64,000 nucleotides of DNA, from the NCBI GenBank assembly GCA_904063045.1, contig CAJFCJ010000004.1, forward strand, positions 1,915,713 to 1,979,712, read 5' to 3'. The stretch comes from Dimorphilus gyrociliatus. Its lineage: Eukaryota; Animalia; Annelida. The notes under the pieces are model-generated. The model saw only the letters and a program-made list of their open reading frames with translations, was not told where the DNA came from and searched no databases. This document shows positions 51,131 to 62,305 of this stretch, piece by piece. Made by a program: the position numbers and the translations under genes. The stretch's first letter is position 1. Each line of letters begins with the position of its first letter.

Positions 51131-52750
51131 ATCAAGTGGACGACAGGTATGTTGGAACACCTGAAATTTTTATAGGCCAAATATTAAAAATCTTTTTCGT
51201 GATGAAAAAAGATTATTTTTTTAATTTTTTTAGTGTTTAATAATAGGTTAAACTTGCAATTTTATATAAATTTCTTTAAAACAGCAGTTAGGTACGTTTT
51301 TACATATTTTTTTTTTATAGAAATTACCATAGTTTTCTGATTGTTTTTTCTTATTTGGCCGCGCGACATGTTTATTGGAACAATGTTCAATAGTTAAATT
51401 TTTGATCTACTTTTGTATGTGCCCACCCTCTCTTTCTATACATTTGCTTATTCTACGGCCCATTCCCCCATATAAGCCTGGCAACAAGAGTGGATTTCTG
51501 TTGATCCTCTGTCTCGAACTGTGGACCATCATAGACCATTGTCTTGGTCAGATGCCACATGTTCTCTATTGGACTCAGATCAGGGCTGGCCAATCTATCG
51601 GCTTGATATTATTGCTTTTAAAGGCCCTTTTTGTTTTTCTTGCAGTGTGACAGCCAGCATTGTCTTGCTGGAAGATGTACTGCCTGCCCATTTTTGCCTC
51701 AATTTCTTCTATGACAGGCAGAACATTTTCCACAATGAAGGAGCTATAGTTTTCAGCATTCAGCTTGCTCCTTATCCTCCAGACTTCAAATATGCCGTCA
51801 GAGGTTATCAACCCCCACACCAATACTCCACCTCTCCCCATATTTTTTGTGATCCTGAAGTCCTTTTCGCTGTTACTGGTCCAAGTCCTAAAATCGTCAG
51901 GTCCACTTAGCGAAAACCTAGCCTCATCAGTAAAAATAACCCTAGACCAGTCTAGATTTTCGCTAATAACTTTGAGGCAGTGCGCTTTTCTGCATTTACA
52001 GTCTTTGGAGGTGAGATCAGTTCTTTGTCTGACTCTTTTATATTTGAAATTTTGTCTTTTCAGCTCCCTCTGTATTGTTCTTATGCTTACATCTACTTCT
52101 AATTCTTTTAATATCTTTGCTGCTGTCACTCTTTGCTAGTTATCTTTCAGTTTCTTTAAAATTCTTTTCATCCTCGCTATCTCTCTGATGGAAAGCTTCT
52201 TCGGACCTCCCCTATTGTCTTGTTCTGGCTTCTTATACTTTAGTATGTTGCTAATTGATGATGGTGCCATTCCTAAAACTCTTGCTGTTGCCCTTAATTT
52301 GCCTATTTCACTATATTTCTTGATTACCAAATCCCTTATATCTTGACTCCAAACCATAATTAAAAAAATACAATATAAATTATGTACAGTAATTTTTCAT
52401 ATTCAATAACTAATTAACTTAACTTAAAACAGGAAAAAAGTTGAAAAATTTTTTGTTTGAGACGTCTATTTGAATGTCAAACTAGATGTCAACTCAATGT
52501 TCCAATAAACATGTCGCGCGGCCAAATAAAGAAAAAACTTATGAAAATTATTAAAAATTTTTGCTAATAATCTTCACAAAATATTATCATTTTCTTAAAT
52601 TTTTTTCAATATTATGTCAATTTAACTCTTTTTCTATATAAATTTAGACAAAAAATACTAATTTGCAGAGGACAAACAATTTTAACCGTTAATTAAAAAT
52701 TGGCCTATCAAAATTTACGGTGTCCATATATACATGTCGTCCACTTTATA
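51131..52750 (-). mobile_element. Tc1-family (DD34E) DNA transposon, about 1.6 kb, IR/DR-type ends, defective
   Basis: Outer inverted 12-mer AAGTGGACGACA (51134-51145 / 52735-52746) and inner exact inverted 32-mer TTATTTGGCCGCGCGACATGTTTATTGGAACA (51351-51382 / 52498-52529). TA-rich flanks; internal transposase remnant. Confidence 0.9.
51387..52357 (-). pseudogene. Tc1 transposase pseudogene
   Basis: HTH region then RGGPKK, FTDE, GVLVWG, FQQDNA and SPDLSPIENMW. Lesions: in-frame TAG at 52136-52138, a frameshifting deletion at WP|SPDL, and a further frameshift/deletion before LYGGMGRRISKCI. D-to-E spacing restores to 34 if two residues are added back. Confidence 0.9.
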
Positions 52751-54602
52751 TATATTAATAAAATCTGTTTATACAATATTTTATCGTTATATAAGTCATT
52801 ATATATTGAAAATTTTTCAATAAACGACATAACGTCAGTTTGTAACTCCTTTCGTATTCTTTTTTCGTCACTATTTTAACCTATAGAGACTTCAACTTGG
52901 TGCTTGCAAGTAATCAGCTTTTTCTAACCGCGTGACTTTTATATTTTGTATATTGTTGTATTATAGTAAAAAGAAGAGAACAAAAATATGCTAAGTAACT
53001 CTTACATTTTAGTTTCTAAGGAAAAATAAGAAAAAAGATGGGAAGAAGAGAGAAAGAAAGAAGATAAAGAGAATGAGAACTACTCAACAAATTTTTTCTT
53101 CCTAAAGAAAAGAGAAAAGTCAAACAATGAAAAGATTACTGTTATGAAAAGATGAGATAGATTATATTCACAAATGGTTTTGATTCGGATTGCAATAGAA
53201 TTAGAAGCTGGACTCATTAGCTGCAAGAGATAAAGAAAAGAAAATAAGAAATTGGCAACTCTTCCCTATTCTTCTTCTTTACTTTTTCTCTTCTTTTAAT
53301 AATATTTAGTACATTTCTTCTCGCTATCTTTTATTTATGAGCAATTGCGAGAAAAAAGATTCCTTTGTTCTCTAAATATTCTTCAATCAAGTTGATTTAT
53401 TAAAACATAGCTGATACTTATGGATTCTTTATTTTAGTTTAATAGACTGACGATAAAACATTTGCCTAATTAGAATTTTTTCAATTTGGACAAGTAGAAT
53501 AACATTTAAATGAGATAATAAAACAAATACCATACTCTACGCTTTACATTGCAACAATGTTTTATATACGTCATATAATTCTGATAATATTATTACTTCT
53601 TTCTGTTGATTATCATTATCTTACTTATTAAGCTATCTTTTCATTTGTTATATGGCGTTCCTAAGTTCCTATATTGGAATTAAAAGTTGAAATAAAGTTC
53701 AGCTGCCAATCTTCTAACTGATTTCGTCACTTTGATTTTCCGTCCCTAATTTAATGATGACTTTATCAAGTTTAAAAGATTTCTTGATGTGCTTCTCTTT
53801 GTTAAAGTAAAGGTTCTTTTTTATCTGAAAGATGCGCATCAATAGATTGAAGATACAAGTTTCGATAAGTTGTTGTCGATAGTTTTATGTCATCTTGATA
53901 TGAGGGAAGGACTAATTCTATTACAACTAATGTTGACCAACGAAACAATACTCAGTGGAAATGTTTATGATTATCAACTCTTTTACAAGTAGCTAATCAT
54001 GATACCATTCCAAAACTAAGATGTTCTGTAAGCTAATTTAAATGTTTTTCATTCACAAATTTAATTCAAACGGCATTCATTTGTTCATTAAATAAATGAA
54101 GAATGCTTTTCAGCTTGAAGTTAAAATATTCTTTTCATCAATCCACTAGAGACGAGTGGCGACGCCGGTTTAATTAGTTAGACTTTCCCACTAATGATCA
54201 TATTAAAGTATAGATGGCGCTTTAGTATTCTCTTTAGGAGTTCCACACCATTTACAAACTTTCATCAACAATCATCGCCAGTAAAATATATTAAGGTAAA
54301 GTTTTAGACTAGACTACGTCATTGTTATAAAGTAAAGGAAAGACTGTTTAATCACGGAAGATAATTTGATTATCTGGATTTTACCAATAAATTATCTACT
54401 TTTGCTTTAGTTTAAGAATTTAAAACTAACTTCTTAGCTATTAAAAAGAAGAATAAATCTTTGTATTTTATATATTTATACGTCTAACTCTATTTAATTG
54501 TACTCTATATAGTATTATAGTAGATGCATTTTTATTTAATTCTTTTGCTGTTCTCGTTAAAATTAGATCATCAAGTAATATCTAGAATAAAAAAGAAAGA
54601 AT

Positions 54603-54863
54603 ATGGGTAGATTCGTCAATGTTATGGTCCTTTCTATTATGGTCCTTCTGTTCTCTTTCGTCCGTTCAAGCGATGATGAATTTGAAAATTCTCCTTCTCT
54701 ATCGGATCTTCGTTATGCGTTGAAAATTCTAAAGAACGTGAGAAGCGATTACAAAATGATGAAGAGATGGGCTATGGGTCCACTAGTGAGTTTGGGAAAA
54801 TTTAGACCAGCAAATGCGCAATCTGCTAATCCTTCAAGACAAATGATGAGATATGGAAAGTAA
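54603..54863 (+). CDS. Neuropeptide precursor, NKY-like (C-terminal MRY-amide)
   Basis: Signal peptide MGRFVNVMVLSIMVLLFSFVRS, acidic spacer, KR site, then WAMGPLVSLGKFRPANAQSANPSRQMMRY followed by G-K-stop (amidation signal). The W..MG.PL..S.G...MRYa pattern resembles lophotrochozoan NKY, recalled from memory. Confidence 0.75.
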   Translation: MGRFVNVMVLSIMVLLFSFVRSSDDEFENSPSLSDLRYALKILKNVRSDYKMMKRWAMGPLVSLGKFRPANAQSANPSRQMMRYGK

Positions 54864-55488
54864 CAAAAGTTTCTAAGAATCTAAAAGTAAAGAACAAAAT
54901 TATTCGAATCTTTTTTCTTCTTATTCAATGTGTTGTTATGATATCTTGAAATATATTAACTTGTACACTTATTGTTTTATATATATCTATAATTATTACT
55001 TTATATGAACGAATCAACAAACAATATATACAGTATATACTGTATATAATTTTAGAAACAAATTCAGAAATAATACAAGACGAAGGCAATAATTTTCCAC
55101 AGAAACATACATTCAATATTTTCATTTTGAATATCATTTAGTCAGATTAAAAATTATATCTTTCACGAAGTCATTCATTTATTTACAGTATAAATGTATA
55201 TATTTATGTATATTTATATAAATATGTATTTATAAATGGACGTTAATTTGAATTGTATTGAAAGTAAAAATACGAATAAAGCCTTTATCTTATCTTTAAT
55301 TAATACTATTTTATTTTTTAATATGATGTAATGTTTGTAGACTTCAATTATCTCACGTCGTATCACCTGCTCAATATGAAGTCAATAACATTATAGCAAA
55401 GGAGAACACTTATCTAATGTCTAACCTCAATCCTTATCAATGATTCAGATCCGTTCATTCTAACATTTACCTATTCAACGAGGACAGA

Positions 55489-58400
55489 ATGAGGCAAAAT
55501 ATGAAGAAATTGTTGTTTAATGCTTTAATTATTAGCGTTTGTTTGATACCCAGCTCTTACGCAATAGGTAGGAATAGTTTTCTATTCTATTTACTAATTT
55601 CAATTGGAAAAAACAACTGATTCTCTCTTTTCGTGTCATAAAAAATGAAATAAAATCGCTTAACTCTACATGTAATTCGACAGCTCAAGGATTTAAGGTA
55701 GAATGTGCTCATAAACCACAAAAAGGCATTTGTACAGAAGAAATTGAACGTTTCTTCTATAATGTAACATCGGCTTCGTGCGAAAAATTTTTGTTTGGAG
55801 GTTGTGGGGATGGAGCTAATGAAAATAATTTTGTGTCTCTTTCGGAATGTCGTCAAGAATGTCTGAATATGCCTCCTATAGAAACATTCGATGAGAAAGA
55901 TTGTCCTATTGCTCGATGTCCCTCAGAAATGTGTAAGTTGGGCAAAAGGTTGGATCAATATGGTTGTGACACATGCGAATGTAAATTAAATATTTGTGAG
56001 GTATAATCGCTTCTTTACAAAAGTTTTTATAGTTTTTAGATTCTGGCAAATTCTAATAACTTTTACAAAATTAATTTAACATGAATTACATTAACATTAT
56101 TATTTTTGTTATGACTATTTTATCATTTACAGGATGAAATTTGTCCTACTGGACGAGTTTGTCGTAGCTTTACACAACCTGACAAAGTTTACTCAATCTG
56201 CGCTGGTAGGAATAGTATAAACAATTCTAATATTATATTTAGTAATTCTCACTATTTTTTACTTAATAATTAAAGAGCCTGATATGCCTGATGCTTGCGT
56301 TCAAGCTCTGGATAGAGGAACCGGTCAACAAAACAAGATAATGTGGCATTTCTTTGAGGGAACTAGAAAATGTATACCATTTAAGTACGGAGGAGAGGGT
56401 GGAAACGAAAACAGATATGAAACAATGGAAAACTGTTTGCAAAATTGCTCGAATTATCGTAAGAGTTATTAAAATCATATTTTCAATGACACATTGTAAA
56501 ACATTATTATCATACCTTACAATGTTTCCAGTTGAACCAAGCTATCAGATTTGTTTACAAAGCAAAGATGAAGGAGAATATTGTAAGCCAAAGTTTATGG
56601 ATAGAACTCAGAAATACTACTTTAATCTAGAGAACGGACAATGCGAAGAAATGAGATATAAGGGTTGTCGTGGGAATGATAATCAATTCAAATCTAAAGA
56701 AGCTTGTGAGATTGAATGTCAAGGTTATTCAACTAATAATGCCTATTAAGATGATTAATAATTAAATTTCAATTTGTAGGAGTATTTCACAAACAATGCG
56801 AATATTCTCAATGTAACAAGCAGTGCGATGAATATAAGATTGATAAAAATGGATGTAAATTATGCGAATGTGTTGAAAATGAATTTAAAGGATGTGACGT
56901 ATGTTTATTTTATTAAATTTAAAGTCATTTTTATTTCAATTATTTAAACGAATTAGGACTATAAATGTCCAGAGGGATTGCTATGCCAACAGTTTCATGT
57001 AACCTACCAATCAGATCCAGTACCTCATTGCTATGGTAAGCTAAGAGACTTAGAAATAAGCGAAGTTTAAAAAATTGAAATTATAATAAGTGTATTTTGA
57101 CCATTAGATCCTAAAACTAGTGATATTTGTCAAAGACCAGTAGATAGAGGAAACTGCAGAGCATCAATTTCAAGTTTTTATTATGAGTAAGTGTTCATAA
57201 AGTTTTCAAAATCACAATTAAATGCATTTTTGAAACAAATAGCTCGATTTCGAAAACTTGTAAAACTTTTACATATGGTGGCTGTGATGGAAACAGTAAT
57301 AGGTTTCTTGAGGAAGACCTTTGCGAAATGCATTGTACACAACGCTTACCAACAATAAGTGAGTGAAGAGTTTTGTTGTTTATATGAAAAATTAAGTTTT
57401 TTCTCTCTCAGAACCGAAACCTCATTGCGAAGAGCAAGAATGTTTACATGAATGTCCATATGGAAATCTTTTTACCACAGATGGTGATAACTAGCTATTA
57501 AACTGATATAGAGAATTAAAGCTTTGTTTTGTAGGTTGTAAAACTTGTCAATGCCTTCCTCCTGAACATTGTGATGATCTTGAGACAAGAAAGTGTGATT
57601 ACAGATCCTGTCCGGGTGGATTTAAGGAAAATTTACGAGGTTGTCCTACTTGTAAATGTGCAGAGCCAGGATATTCTGGACAAATATTTAAACGTACATG
57701 TCCAAAATTGAAAGATCCACATTGCGAATGCGAATTTGGATCTGAATACATCCAAGGCTGTTCAACTTGTAAATGCCTACCAGATCCGTGCCACGTAATT
57801 CTTATAAATTTATTCATAGTACCTTATTAAGAAAAAGATATTCTTATTTTTATAGAAGAAGAAATGTGGAAAAAATGAAAAATGCTCTCCTCTGGAATCA
57901 AAGTCATATGCAGGACAATTTATAGACTCAGTTTGTGTTCGTAAGTAGAGATAATTACCGTCAATTTCGTTCAGAGATTAATTAAATTAAATTTTACAAC
58001 CATTCTAGCGAAATTTTATAGTAGTAGATGTACATTGCCAGTTTTATACGGTGATGGATACGCTGCTATCCAAAGATTTGCTTATGACCCGATTGGCAAC
58101 CAATGTGTGGAATTTACATATTCTGGTTTGGGTGGCAATAGTAATAATTTCAATGAAAAGAACGATTGTGAAGTTGTCTGCGGTAACAGAAGGGAAAAGT
58201 GTAAAGATGTTCAGTGTCAGATATACTGCCCTTACGGTAGAGCAACAAATGATTTTGGGTGTCCTATTTGCAAGTGTAGACATAATCCATGCAATGTGAG
58301 TTGTAACAATAATAGTTGGTTAATTATACCCTTTTAATTATTTTCTAGAGTCACAAATGCGACCTGGGGTTTGTTTGCGAAGCAGCGATGGAGAGGTATA

Positions 58401-59127
58401 ATAGACCTTTTGTAGTATGCGTTGGTAAATATTAAAAGAAAATTAAATTCCTTTAAATGTCTAACTTCAAGTCTAATTGAAATAAATTAATTGAGTTTAT
58501 TAATTCTTTCAGCTGAAGACAACGTACATACAATAAAATTAAGAATAAACTTTTATCATGATAAGATTAAAGATCTTAAAAATATGAACATTGAGCATTT
58601 TAAAAAGGCTGTGACAAAGAAATTGAAAAGTCTCGTTGAATCTAATTTTAGAGTTGTCGATATTATTATCATGAAACCGGATAGTACGTATATACAATTA
58701 GATGTCGACCTAGCAAAACTTCCTTCTGCGGCTATTAACCTTGTTCAAGCTGTTGAAGAATTTAGAGTAATGTAATTTTCTATCTAAATAACATATTTAT
58801 AGCTTTCATTCTATACAGGAAAAACTACGTAGTCAAAGTCATGTGTCAATCCAGTCTGATGGCACTACTTTCATCCCATTCTATGAGGATGTTGGAGTTA
58901 TTTATAGCAGAGAAGTACATAGAACAATTGATCGTCAAATCCAGCATCACAGCTACTCTTCTCCCTTTGCAAGAGGATTTATTTTTGTACTAATCGCAAT
59001 GGTATTTGCTGGTTTTATAACATTAGCAGTTTTGTTATATAAAAAACAGTGTCAAAAGAAAGGATTTAACTATTCCTCAGTTGGCTATAAAAGAGCAACA
59101 AGCGATACTTCAATTATAAAAACATGA
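55489..59127 (+). CDS. Type I membrane protein with 5 Kunitz, 6 antistasin-like and 4 follistatin-N-like modules, a SEA-like juxtamembrane domain, TM and short tail
   Basis: Signal peptide (ATG 55489 or 55501). Kunitz motifs such as GNCRASISSFYYD...YGGCDGNSNRF; antistasin motifs such as CPYGRATNDFGCPICKC; TM GFIFVLIAMVFAGFITLAVLLY; tail KKQCQKKGFNYSSVGYKRATSDTSIIKT*. The exons join via short GT-AG introns. Confidence 0.88.
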
Positions 59128-60640
59128 AAACAATTATATTTGATCTTTCTTAGTGATTTTAGACAAAAATTTTTTCAACAAAGTTAAATTTTCTCTCTTG
59201 TTACCAAAAATTAATATTGTATATTTTGTAACCTAATTACTTTCATCTCAAAATAAACGTTTAAGAGTTTTAACAATAGATTAAAAGAATATAAACAATT
59301 TACAAATGTAAATATCTATTTACTCTATAGTCATATACTAATTTATATATATATGGATGTACTCTTGAAAACCTAAAACTACTTTACTGATCCTATCTAA
59401 TTGTTCAACAAAAAATCTATGTAAACATTCATACGCTCATTATACCTCTACAAGTTTCTATCAATAGTATAGGTCTTTTTTAATGACCAGAAGGAGGATT
59501 TTAAGCTTATTAAGCAAAATTTTACAGTACTACAATATAATGATAAAACAGAATCAGTTTTCAGAGAAACGATGGACAATATAAAATTCTCCGTAGAGAT
59601 ATTTAGTATAATTTATACAAGAGTTTTTACAGCTTGTATAGCAGATATAGTCCAAATATACTCGCGCGTATATAAAAAGACAAGAGAATAGTTTATTCTG
59701 TACAAAATGAGTGATCTGAATATAATCTAAAAGAGAAATATAAAGTAATTATTATTGTCCAAGTACGGACATATGAACAAAGAGGCAAAAGAAAGAAATA
59801 TAGTCTACTGTAAACAACGCTATGTATTAGATATCACCTATATAACATTTAATATAAAAACTACTATGTATTTTTACTGTTCAATGTAATAAACTTATTT
59901 CGTATCTATTCTACTAACTGAAAAACTAATAATTTTAAAAGAAAGCAATATTTTCAACTTTATGGCAATTTGTAAATTAAATGGTAGAATATCTTTTAAC
60001 TAGTTGCTTTATCATTTATGTACTATTATATAAATCAGTAAAGGAGAGAGTATTATAAAAATTATAAGATTATTTAAACATGTACAGTAGCAATAGTAAT
60101 ATAATAAGCTATATAGATTGTATACTCTGTATATTAAATTGAGTATTGCAGTTGTTATGAAGGATAAAAAAAGAATATCTATCGATTTGTAATAATCTCT
60201 TATAGAAACATTTATTTAAAGCTTTGTTTATATTACGTCGAACATATTATCATTCATACTTAAAATAAGTATGACTATCTATGCTTGTAAAACAAGTAGG
60301 TACATTATTTTCTATACATTTCATATGAAAAAGTATAAATATTCACGTTTCTATAAAGAATCTAGTCAAAGTGTATTTACAGACTGTGTTCAATTTATTA
60401 AATAGAACAAGAGATATTGATATACAAATATTGCTAATAATCGTCATTAAAAGTTAATATTCATTCTGAGAAATGTATTAAGATATATTTAACTTTACTA
60501 ATATACAAATAATGAGAAAGAATAGAATATATTGAATAGGCATTTATAACAATAAATCCTTTTTAATCTTTATAATTAAAGAAAACATTAAAGAACTGTA
60601 TAAGTCCTTCTTCCTCCTCCTTCTCCTTCTTTTCCTCCTT

Positions 60641-60645
<5 letters not shown>

Positions 60646-60695
<50 letters not shown>
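60646..60695. repeat. (CT)n microsatellite
   Basis: Read directly from the sequence. Confidence 0.95.
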
Positions 60696-60700
<5 letters not shown>

Positions 60701-60712
60701 GTCCCCTTTCTC

Positions 60713-61069
60713 TTAACGTCTTAAACAGCAAAATCTTTTCGCACAGCCTTGTTTAAAATTACTAAAAAACTTTCGTAGCTTTGTATTCGAATGATTAGTT
60801 TTAATCTTTATCTTTTGATTATTTTTATATTCTTTTTCCAATTCTTTGGTTTTTAAATTTAGTATTTCTAACTCTTTCGTTTCTTGTTTAAAAGATTTCT
60901 TTCTCTTGTTACACCTGTCCACTTCCTTTAATAAACTTCCCGTTTGTCGATTATCAATTGAGTTGCTCTCTTCGACATTTGTGATGCGAATTTCTGGAAA
61001 ATCTGTTACGACGGTTGTATTGGCCGTCGAGGTTGTAGCTGATAAATTATCATTGGAAGGGTTATCCAT
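60713..61069 (-). CDS. Small intronless ORF (118 aa) with a PxIxIT motif, a coiled-coil-like segment and a polybasic di-Cys C-terminus
   Basis: ATG-initiated, with non-random composition. Contains PEIRIT, KQETKELEILNLKTKELEKEYK and the ending CAKRFCCLRR*. No recognised homologue. Confidence 0.55.
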   Translation of the reverse strand: MDNPSNDNLSATTSTANTTVVTDFPEIRITNVEESNSIDNRQTGSLLKEVDRCNKRKKSFKQETKELEILNLKTKELEKEYKNNQKIKIKTNHSNTKLRKFFSNFKQGCAKRFCCLRR

Positions 61070-61758
61070 ACTCGTTGTAAGAAATTTTAAAAAGGATTGA
61101 TGAGATCACTTGAGAATTTCTTTTATATTATTATATTTTAATAAGTTAACAAAACAGCGTAAAGAGGGAGAAATTAATTTCTTATTTCTTGACTCTTTTA
61201 TCCTTAATTGTATCAATTATGAAGTAAAAATTTAATATAAACTTTAAAAGCGTATAACTAGTCTTTTTTTAGAGATATAGTAGTTTTCCTATTAAATCTA
61301 ATGTTTTAATAACCTTATACTGGTGACGCCATCTATATATTGTGTTATTTTCTTAAGAATATTTAAGGCCTACCAGTTTTATTTTAGGCATGTCAATGAC
61401 GTCTGGAAATGTTAATAAGAAAAAATAATAACGAAAAGTTGAAGCATAGATTTTTAAAAATCTATATGTCTAATGCTTTATATTGTGAATATATAGATCA
61501 CTACATAGTCTATATATATATCGAGATTAGTGGTCTTAAATAGGATTAAACTAGTTTATTCAATTCATTTTTTATCATTCGAGACGAGAGATAATTCCTG
61601 ATAATATAAATTTTAAGAAATAACGAAAAAATAATATTAATATAACAAAATAAACAAATAAATAAAAGGAAATCAGAACGAAATTTGTTAAGAAATCTAA
61701 AATGCGCATATTTTTCTACAGTTCATGACTAAATGACTTTAAAATTAATTAATTATTT

Positions 61759-62274
61759 TTAGCATTCAGGAGCTGTTCGATGATGTCGAACTTCCTCGTA
61801 TAATGGAGGCGGTAAGAGTCCTCTAAAGGATTCGGCAACATATTGCACGTTCTCCCCTTCGCACATGTTTGAAGGAAATCCCTCTTTTAAATTATCATTT
61901 TGGAAATCCGGCTCGAAAGGAGGAGCCGTTGGTCTAACTGGAAAGAATTCATTATCATCATTTCTTCTTTGAGGTGGACCAGGGTATTGTTCCTCGAAAG
62001 TATGCAGTGGAAATCCTAATAGCCCAACTGGTCCCGAGCAGCGACGATCAATTTCGGGAGATGGCGCTGTTTTTCGAACGTTAGAATAGTCGTCTTTATC
62101 GTCTTCATCGTCTGCCGTATCGGACTCTGTTTGATGAATAACAAACGAAACTAATTAGTGAAGCTAGTTAATAGAGGTAACCAGAGGGGAGGGACCCAGA
62201 AAGAGAGAGGAAAATTTCTAGGCGTTCAAAGGAGAAAATTATCGCTCATGGAAGTTTCTTTCTCCTTCTCTATT

Positions 62275-62305
<31 letters not shown>

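Noticed and set aside
35847-52139. Antisense ORFs such as 35847-36155, 39075-39425, 51521-51910 and 51765-52139
   Set aside because: They are shadows on the opposite strand of well-supported nAChR-like or transposase coding sequence, with no independent motifs.
54603-54863. NPY/NPF identity for the neuropeptide
   Set aside because: The C-terminus is M-M-R-Y-amide, not R-x-R-F/Y-amide, and the PP-fold residues are absent.
59473-59691. 72-codon plus-strand open frame after a possible acceptor
   Set aside because: No upstream in-frame exon or early ATG could be found and there is no recognisable motif.
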